Assembly (NCBI GenBank): GCA_905178155.1
Contig: CAJINV010000008.1
Coordinates: 1,674,001 to 1,738,000, forward strand
Source: Amoebophrya sp. A120
Taxonomy: Eukaryota > Protista > Dinoflagellata
DNA length: 64,000 nt
Direction of reading: 5' to 3'
Below the pieces are notes generated by a model. It had not been told where the DNA came from. It worked only from the letters and a program-made list of their open reading frames with translations, and made no database searches. Made by a program: the position numbers and the translations under genes. Positions 58,201-64,000 of this stretch are shown here, in pieces; the stretch's first letter is position 1; the number at the start of each line of letters is the position of its first letter.

Positions 58201-60599
58201 CTTACGTTTTGCAATACGGCCGAGGAAAAGGAGGAACCTGGAGGACCTGCACTACTAGCATTACCAGTGGCGTGCTCGGCAGCCGAGACCCCGGAAACCG
58301 TAGCGCTTATTGTTTGCAGTTCGCACCCCGTGTGTAGAGTCGGGATCAAATCGATTTTCTTTACGCTCGTCTTGGCCCTCGCAAATTGCGTTTGGTTTTG
58401 CCCCCCGTCAACCCTGCTTGTACCAGACTCAGCAGGCCTTGTGGTCACCCCGAATGCCATTTCGACTACCACAGAAACGAGTGCCTGCGCCGGTAGCGGA
58501 GGATCTTCCTGAGAGGACGTATACATGAACGAAGACTTATGCCCGTCGTCCTGTTTATCCGCCTGCGGGGCTCCTTTACCGACAACCAGAATCCGATCTT
58601 CCTCCACTTCCGCAAGCCGCCCAGTCCTCTCGGCTTCGGCAGCTGCCGCACTAGTGTCGTTCTCTCCTGCCCCTTCGACGTGTCGATGTTGAGCATCAGC
58701 ATGTCTTTTCTCTCTGCTACTGCTTCGTTCTAAATCTATAACCATCACGTACTCGACTGCGAGCTGTACGCTAGCGGGGCTTGCTGCACTGGAGGCCGGC
58801 CTTGACGCTGCTGCTGTTTCTTCTACGTCGTCGTGCGACGGCTCTGCGTTGAAGCTGACGATGCTGCGCACGTTTTCAAACAGCGGCTCGAAGAATAAGT
58901 TCGACGAGGTGGACGTTGAATTGTTCGCAATCTGAGATGAAACGGAAACCGAACTGCTCCATGCGAAGACTAATGCGCACCAAAAGCGCCCTCGTGTATC
59001 TAGGCAGCCGATGTCCACGATGCCATGTGCCCGGTGGAAGAGAAACAATTTCCGAATTCGGGGTCGGCCGCCGGGATACAGATCGAAGTCCGTACTACGA
59101 CCAATGTCTGGGACATCTGCATCTGCAGTGGGGCCTTGCATCATGAACATGTCCTGCTCGGAGGTCATTCTACTGCCGTGATGTGAGGTTGACGCTGATG
59201 GAAACCGTATCTTTACTTTCCGCTTGTCGAATTCATTCTTTCGCCAAACGGACACGGAAAGCCCACTGTCGTCCACTAGTGCAGTGATGTTTCCTTCCAC
59301 CACCAGCTTGTTGGAAATGTCGGTGTCGATCTGTTCCTGCGGTGACCACGCCGCTGTCCTTTCCTCGGGAAACTGAAATTGCTGAATCAACGACAAGGTA
59401 GCAGAGTGGATTAGATCCACTTCCCCCTTGGCTTTTTTCCCGGATTTGGGTAGTTGACTCTGTTGGAAAAAATTGATCACTCTTTCGCACACCTCGAACG
59501 CTGCAGGGAGTTTCTGGTTGTAGTTGTCAACACTGTTTATTCCACCTCCTGCGCGATTGTCGCGCTCGCCTGCAGCTGCCTTCGCAGCGGGCAGCGAATT
59601 GGTAGCGCCAGAGCTGGAGCTAACCCTCGAAGTTGCCGCAAAAGCCCCAAATTGATACAGTACCCGGCTGCTGCATTGTGGGGCTGCACTGCTCGTCGTC
59701 GAATTTATCAAAACGGCTGTATGAAACGCACCGCAGGCAAGGTCTACGATTTCCGCATTGCACGATCCCGTTGATGATCCGCCGAACGAAACAAAATCCT
59801 CATGTGGCAGGCAAATCGGCGCGGGCACCTGTGGCCTCTCAGTTTTGTCTAAGAGAAGCTGTCCTTGCTCGTTGCTGCCGAACCCAATGAGAAGCGCGCT
59901 GCTCTTGTTTCCGCGACCTGCCGCTGCGGTGAACGAGCAAGCCGCGACACTAGTATAGCCAGCCGCATGCGGACCGCCAAATGTTCCTTTTCCTCCTGCA
60001 CGAACCAGCATGACAGTGTGATCCCGTCCGCACGCAATTCGTGCCACGTGGCAGCAACTGCTCTGTCCGCCGAGTGGTCGGAGCACTGAATTGTGAATAT
60101 TCAACAAATTCGGAAGTTCGTCCGAAGCTCCTCCCGCTCGGCCAAGCCGCGGATACCGATCTGACTGCGTGCCCCATGTGAAAACCGTTATAGGCGAATC
60201 TCGTCGATTCTTCTGCAGGTCCTGCTTCCTCGTAGCTCTTGTCCCATGAAGATGCCTTTTGTCCTTCTCCGGCGGAGCTTTTGCAAAACCAAGATCTTCT
60301 TCAGCCGTAGAACCTTCATGATGAGAGGGCACGACCACGGCACACACGGTGTGGTATTTGCCGCTGCATATTTCATAAAAAGCACCGTCACAGGCCGAAT
60401 GCTCTTCATTTCCACCTCCACCACCCTGAGATTTCAAGAAAGACACCCGCTTGGGCACAATCTGCCCTCGGCTCCCGGATTTCAGGTAACCCAGCTGCAA
60501 ATTCGTGCTCGGACCCCAGGTGTACAAAAACGTGCTGCTAGTCGTGGAGCCCACATCTGCCACCGTCGGAGGCTTCTGCGTTGGTTCAACTTCAAGCAT
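55233..60599 (-). CDS. RCC1-repeat protein with a BACK-like region (IBTK-like)
   Basis: RCC1 blades: YTWGPSTNLQLG, ICSGKYHT, FTWG...RLG, IACGRDHT, GFGSNEQGQL, LACGAFHT. LVLLCERQI...VTPFTVLDFLDYA...LWNYCFDVL resembles the BTB-end/BACK helices. Acidic helical C-terminal motifs (TLAEIFEEEQ). Confidence 0.75.
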   Translation of the reverse strand: MLEVEPTQKPPTVADVGSTTSSTFLYTWGPSTNLQLGYLKSGSRGQIVPKRVSFLKSQGGGGGNEEHSACDGAFYEICSGKYHTVCAVVVPSHHEGSTAEEDLGFAKAPPEKDKRHLHGTRATRKQDLQKNRRDSPITVFTWGTQSDRYPRLGRAGGASDELPNLLNIHNSVLRPLGGQSSCCHVARIACGRDHTVMLVRAGGKGTFGGPHAAGYTSVAACSFTAAAGRGNKSSALLIGFGSNEQGQLLLDKTERPQVPAPICLPHEDFVSFGGSSTGSCNAEIVDLACGAFHTAVLINSTTSSAAPQCSSRVLYQFGAFAATSRVSSSSGATNSLPAAKAAAGERDNRAGGGINSVDNYNQKLPAAFEVCERVINFFQQSQLPKSGKKAKGEVDLIHSATLSLIQQFQFPEERTAAWSPQEQIDTDISNKLVVEGNITALVDDSGLSVSVWRKNEFDKRKVKIRFPSASTSHHGSRMTSEQDMFMMQGPTADADVPDIGRSTDFDLYPGGRPRIRKLFLFHRAHGIVDIGCLDTRGRFWCALVFAWSSSVSVSSQIANNSTSTSSNLFFEPLFENVRSIVSFNAEPSHDDVEETAAASRPASSAASPASVQLAVEYVMVIDLERSSSREKRHADAQHRHVEGAGENDTSAAAAEAERTGRLAEVEEDRILVVGKGAPQADKQDDGHKSSFMYTSSQEDPPLPAQALVSVVVEMAFGVTTRPAESGTSRVDGGQNQTQFARAKTSVKKIDLIPTLHTGCELQTISATVSGVSAAEHATGNASSAGPPGSSFSSAVLQNVRAQEVLQLQSSFRLPEVEAHLEQVSEKWRLSRFEDFHTQQHYEHLLYDEMHLDHDFGGYDFHAEMNAFSFGGRAPGAFDLPPNTSDVPGSYGFGNVSQHESGFGITPAVVHNLNENQNLVGAEPQAVDPALPRTSTTSTSEQDGHASEQPGATSGKTSARQTKPQLFPSLVLLCERQIIRSGKVTPFTVLDFLDYAILYTLGLLWNYCFDVLSKNWAQVVLLHREENLEKSYIGKLLAEWEKCGGYLGFRNSVLLQVTSRDFLEDEEDAYAQGSTLCSAAAYLSTSYSKRVLAASMQAMTCSSNEASSTKRKSHKLGIFSKINGLCAEQYLAARPSVIAGEESRNSADYSEMQLQMNSNASTTTARGSSQLTQQKSANSSRGPSFWSNKKKKQKHNKGPPPSAQNTSRVSAGSTDEQRATRVEDEELDDGSQKRSANKPDEPSNEQLDSDYLYAVRLSTGLIQDVYSSKGANERATASSAKTRSELDEEIAKGPWTEIGSSRKSKSEKKRSSFHDEAQAKSRNSVASEQEPAPSTKRSLVLGDWLAATPGSAAGKANGGQHPRVRGAVVEMNQVRPNATVQRNQNKGKTKPVTQLSETANTTAKSASETLSSSISSHEHVAGKNSQGASSATPGTGASNSSVWDVGGVRAHTTNTTKPATLAEIFEEEQGARRAKELQLAAQQAHHHTATLSAGAGAVPASTSLATSGGAAGRAISSSSSTGSRKGSLPAVPVEIFVSSTSSRSTTTNAKTTPAKHALSCLSASSPPPSSQQGRGPESSSSTAVQILSSTTAKNTKSGNKVDDPTKNSWGFQAMPETRRNLAFDLQTLQQLERIEQEEAEIAEIEARFAAMELAEELDRQELLGAEAGSSSAAIGKHGARGKNEKLKNNKKNADSRGGTGPSPQDNEVVDAKVSNGKHRTGNKGSGKMAKGKGTKKIEKGLHSEHPSGKSNRRSDGEKNGTNTSTASGKKQNRNKGKSKQNTDDVDETL

Positions 60600-61838
60600 T
60601 GCGCTCGAGCACCGTCCGGGCGAGGTTCTGATTGGTGCAGAGCCGGGCCGTTCACCTCCTGCGTGCTGTGAACGACCACTTTACATGTTGCGCCGCATCT
60701 TCGTCACCTGGTCCTGCAAAACGGAATCTCCTGCGACCACTGACGCGCAAACTCCACAAGGGGAGAGACCATAGATTCTTGCTAGTACCTTCCTAGGTCT
60801 AGAGCGCCCGTTGCTACAACAAAGACAAACACATCTAGTAAAGTTGGTCTTCGTGTTCAATCCGAGGAAACGGAAAGATCAAGGTAAGAAGGAAATCAAT
60901 AACGGTGTGGTCTTCTGTAATGAAAGCGAAATTATTAGTAAACGTAGCTATCAAGAGCAATGTGCGGGGGAGGGGAGATCTGTACAAAAAGTCTGCTCTG
61001 AGTCTGACGTTATGATCAGCGAGTGGGGAATAAATACTTGATTGTGCCGAATCGATGTGTCGTGTTAGTATCCATGCATGCGCAGCAGGTCCAACATTCG
61101 AGAATGATAGATGCCGTCCGCGTCTCAGTCTAGACAATGTGGTTTTTATTTGTATGAAATTGCGAAGACATTGGCATCGTCGCGTCTTTTTTCTTGAGCT
61201 GCAACAGCTATCTATGACAGTAGATCTTCCTTCGGAAACACCAGAAGCTGTCCGCATGGAGAGGACGTCAGCGTCAGCGATCTTGATCTTCACAAAACAA
61301 AAGCAATTGCAATACTATACACCAATACCGATCCGGAAATAGAAGACTTGCTTGCACGTCGACTGACCACAACTACTTATCTTGGCTTAATAATTTGCCG
61401 GGCACGCTGAGAAAACAGCACTTCAAACTCTTCCATTGGACACAACAGCGGCTGGCTGCAGCGTCTTTTTTTCATCCGAAAGTTGTTTTCCCGATCTTGA
61501 GCGGTTTTGCCCAACTACTTGATCGCACGAAAAGCCGAGGCCACAGTGCCGTCACAGGTTTTGGTTACCCGAGACGCAGAGAGATCATCATGGAAGGGAC
61601 AAAGCTTTCTTAGTTCAAACACACAAACCGAAATAGCTGCAAGAAGATGAATGTTCGATCCTACCGCCCATACTATCAACGTGCCAATGACTTCACGCGA
61701 TCTTCTCGCCGAAGATCATCAGGCGGTTATAGTGAAAGGTCGCACACGGTCCGCGAGGTCGCTCCGCGGCATCGAGGAACACCCTCACGAACGTGGTATG
61801 TCCGTGACATATTTTTGCACCCAAATATCCCAAATCAC

Positions 61839-64000
61839 CTACAATGCACGGCTCATACTAGTGAGACGCTCGCGTAGTACTTGCGGCGGCACCCTGGAGA
61901 GAATCATGAACGGTTGCGGGATCGGCTCCAAGAGTGCTTCGCGATCTTCGAATGGCTGTGTTCCTTTTTTCAATTTTGCAACTTGCCAAAATTTTGAAGT
62001 CATAAAAATGAACCTACTGATGAACTTAGGCATGAGAAGAAGTGCCGCTGGTCGCTTTCCCTCCTCGATTTTCAGCCATCCCATCAGCAGTTTAAGGATC
62101 GGATACAACAAGTCGAGACTCGGATGGAACCAGGAGACGAACCGCGCCATGTACTCGGGTGTTTGGGCGAAACAATCCCAGTTGGCGAAGTCAAGCAAGT
62201 ACTTTTCGCAAATGGCGTCACTTCCATCCCGTAAGGCCATTGCGTCGAGCGTCGGCGGACCGCCTAGCCTCGCAAAAATCGCGTCCCTGGTGCGCTTTTT
62301 TAGTACTTTGTTCGGAAACAAGTCCTGCAGTTCGGCTTTCATCCTGAGTCGAGACAGCATATCGGCGACCACGTTGAAAACACCTTTCAAGTGGAGGGCA
62401 ATCAGGGAGATGCCATACTGCGAAAGCAGAGTGGCGATCCGCCTTCCAATGGTCGAAAGTGTTTTTACATTCCCGACATAGAAGCTCAAGTAGTGCCGTG
62501 CGCATTTGTTGTCGGTTCTGACGAGCAACAAGGAGCCTGCCAGCTCTGGCGCCGCCAGCTCGAAAGCTTCGCTCCACATCGCAAGTTCTCGCTTGTTGGA
62601 CGACGACGCCGCACCGTCGATGGACCGGAAACCGTCTTTCCACCGCCTAGTATCGGAACTCGCCGTCACGCCCCATCCTTTTTTCGAAGCATCTCCCTTG
62701 AGTTGTGTGATGGCCTCCGGCGGAATCCTCATCACTGCTTCTGGGTCGTCAAGCAAATTCGGCACGAACAGGTAGAGTTTTTCATCGGTTCTCTTGTGGA
62801 TCTTCAACTTGGGGATTGCCTGGAGGGTGTCACGCCACCAGTACCAGTCATCCAGCAACTCGTCCGTAATGGCGATTCGTGGGTTCGCCTTCTTGTTTCC
62901 GCGCGTCCAGAGTTTCACGGCACCCGACAGGGCCAAGGAGTCGTAGGAATTTCTCAAAAAGATTCGCCCCATACGTACAACAAATGTAGTAAAGGAGAGT
63001 TTTCCAACTACCGTACACAGGTGCTTGGCCTGCACGTACTTCAACCGCAGCGCGGTCAGGATCAGCTCTTCGAGTTCGGCCAGAAATTTTTTCCTCTTCG
63101 CGTCTTCCAGGAGAATGATCAGCTCGTCGGTGTGGATGGTGAAACCAATCCAATCAAACCTCATTGAAGGATATATCATTTTATCGAGCTTCTTCACTTG
63201 CCACTCATGCAGTTTCACACCGATGGCTTCGAATATCATCCTAAATCGCATCATGGCTTTGTAAACAGCTTCAAAAGAGGTTGGATTGCTTTCGTCGGTC
63301 CCCCTGAAATCGTCGACGAAGTCGAAAACTCGGATCTCCGGGTAGAGGATGCGCAGCACCCTGATACATTCCTTTATCGAACCATCGTTGACCCCGGGGG
63401 AAATCGCGAGCCCCATGCTGGCATAGAGTAGGCTGATGACCCGCCGTACTTCTGTAGAGGCGTTTTCCAAATCGTTCCGCGTCGCGCCTTGTTCAACAGC
63501 TTCGTCAATGTCGCTTGGTAATCTGGGGTCGTTCAACCCAAGTAGTCTTCTACTCAGGGCAGCTATAAGCCAATTCCAGAAGCAATCGGTAGCGTCCGCG
63601 CCAAACGCGTAAGCGTTTTGGACGAGTACACTCAGAAAATCTTCGATGCTCTTGTATTCCGTAGGTACTGGCACCAACAACTCGTTCAAACCCACCACCG
63701 ACAGGTCGCACACCATTCGCGGCCTGTGCTCCTTGATGATGATGTTCGCGGGCGACGCCGACAAATTCGGTGGCCCCGCCGACCGCGGACCCCAGGCAAT
63801 CGCCTTGCCTGTGTCAAGCAAGCGCTTTGTTTCAGCACTGGCAATTTCTTTGTGGTCTGATACCGTGGGGAAGTCTGGTCTGTCGTATGCCGGCTCGTCG
63901 CTGCTGATTGCGGTTTCGCTCAAATACGCACCTTCGGCAGAAGTTTGGAGCACGAAGCCCGCCAACCAGTGGCGTTTGAAGTAATCCGACACTTGAAGCT
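61839..64000 (-). mobile_element. DIRS-like retrotransposon pol ORF: RT + RNase H + degenerate adenine methyltransferase; 5' part off window
   Basis: RT: RMVCDLS, DATDCFW, MGLAISP, FVDDF, WIGF, GKLSF. RNase H: GDASKKGWG, SSNKREL, VRTDN, HLKGVFNVVADMLSR. MT-like: TLDAMA...WFHPS...LLMPKF. The frame is open to the window edge. Confidence 0.88.

Noticed and set aside
61651-63167. + strand ORFs 61651..62481 and 62391..63167 as an inverted tyrosine recombinase
   Set aside because: No convincing YR catalytic pattern (R...HxxR...Y in a recombinase context); they are antisense to the pol ORF.
1-64000. Prokaryotic reading (tsf, thrB, AlbA_2 and RT as a defence island or retron); CRISPR arrays; tRNA or rRNA genes
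   Set aside because: Spliceosomal introns, the dinoflagellate SL, a small Tim and TMEM184 show eukaryotic nuclear DNA. The RT carries a DIRS-type RNase H. No repeat-spacer array or RNA-gene signature was seen.

Overview
This is eukaryotic nuclear DNA. A 21/22-nt match to the dinoflagellate spliced leader, a strictly one-strand gene cluster, low-complexity-inflated proteins and inverted-repeat introns point to a dinoflagellate, most plausibly a syndinian such as Amoebophrya (inference). All recognisable genes are on the minus strand: a Tim8/Tim13-type small Tim (cut by the window start), an unknown 3-exon gene, a TMEM184/OST-alpha-like transporter, prolyl 4-hydroxylase, organellar EF-Ts, a Schlafen/AlbA_2 protein with an N-terminal hydrophobic segment, a ~8,840-aa RNF213-like AAA+/RING protein, homoserine kinase, a Ubl/UIM protein, an RCC1/BACK IBTK-like protein, and a DIRS-like retroelement ORF (cut by the window end). 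The strongest signal is four MITE-like introns bounded by inverted repeats that begin TAT and end ATA. In all four, cutting one base outside the repeat restores the reading frame, giving GT-AG, GT-AG, CT-AC and AT-AC borders, which suggests an xT...Ay splicing rule. Also notable are the adjacent Schlafen and RNF213-like genes, with spliced-leader copies between them. All gene models are hand-derived and unverified by transcript data.
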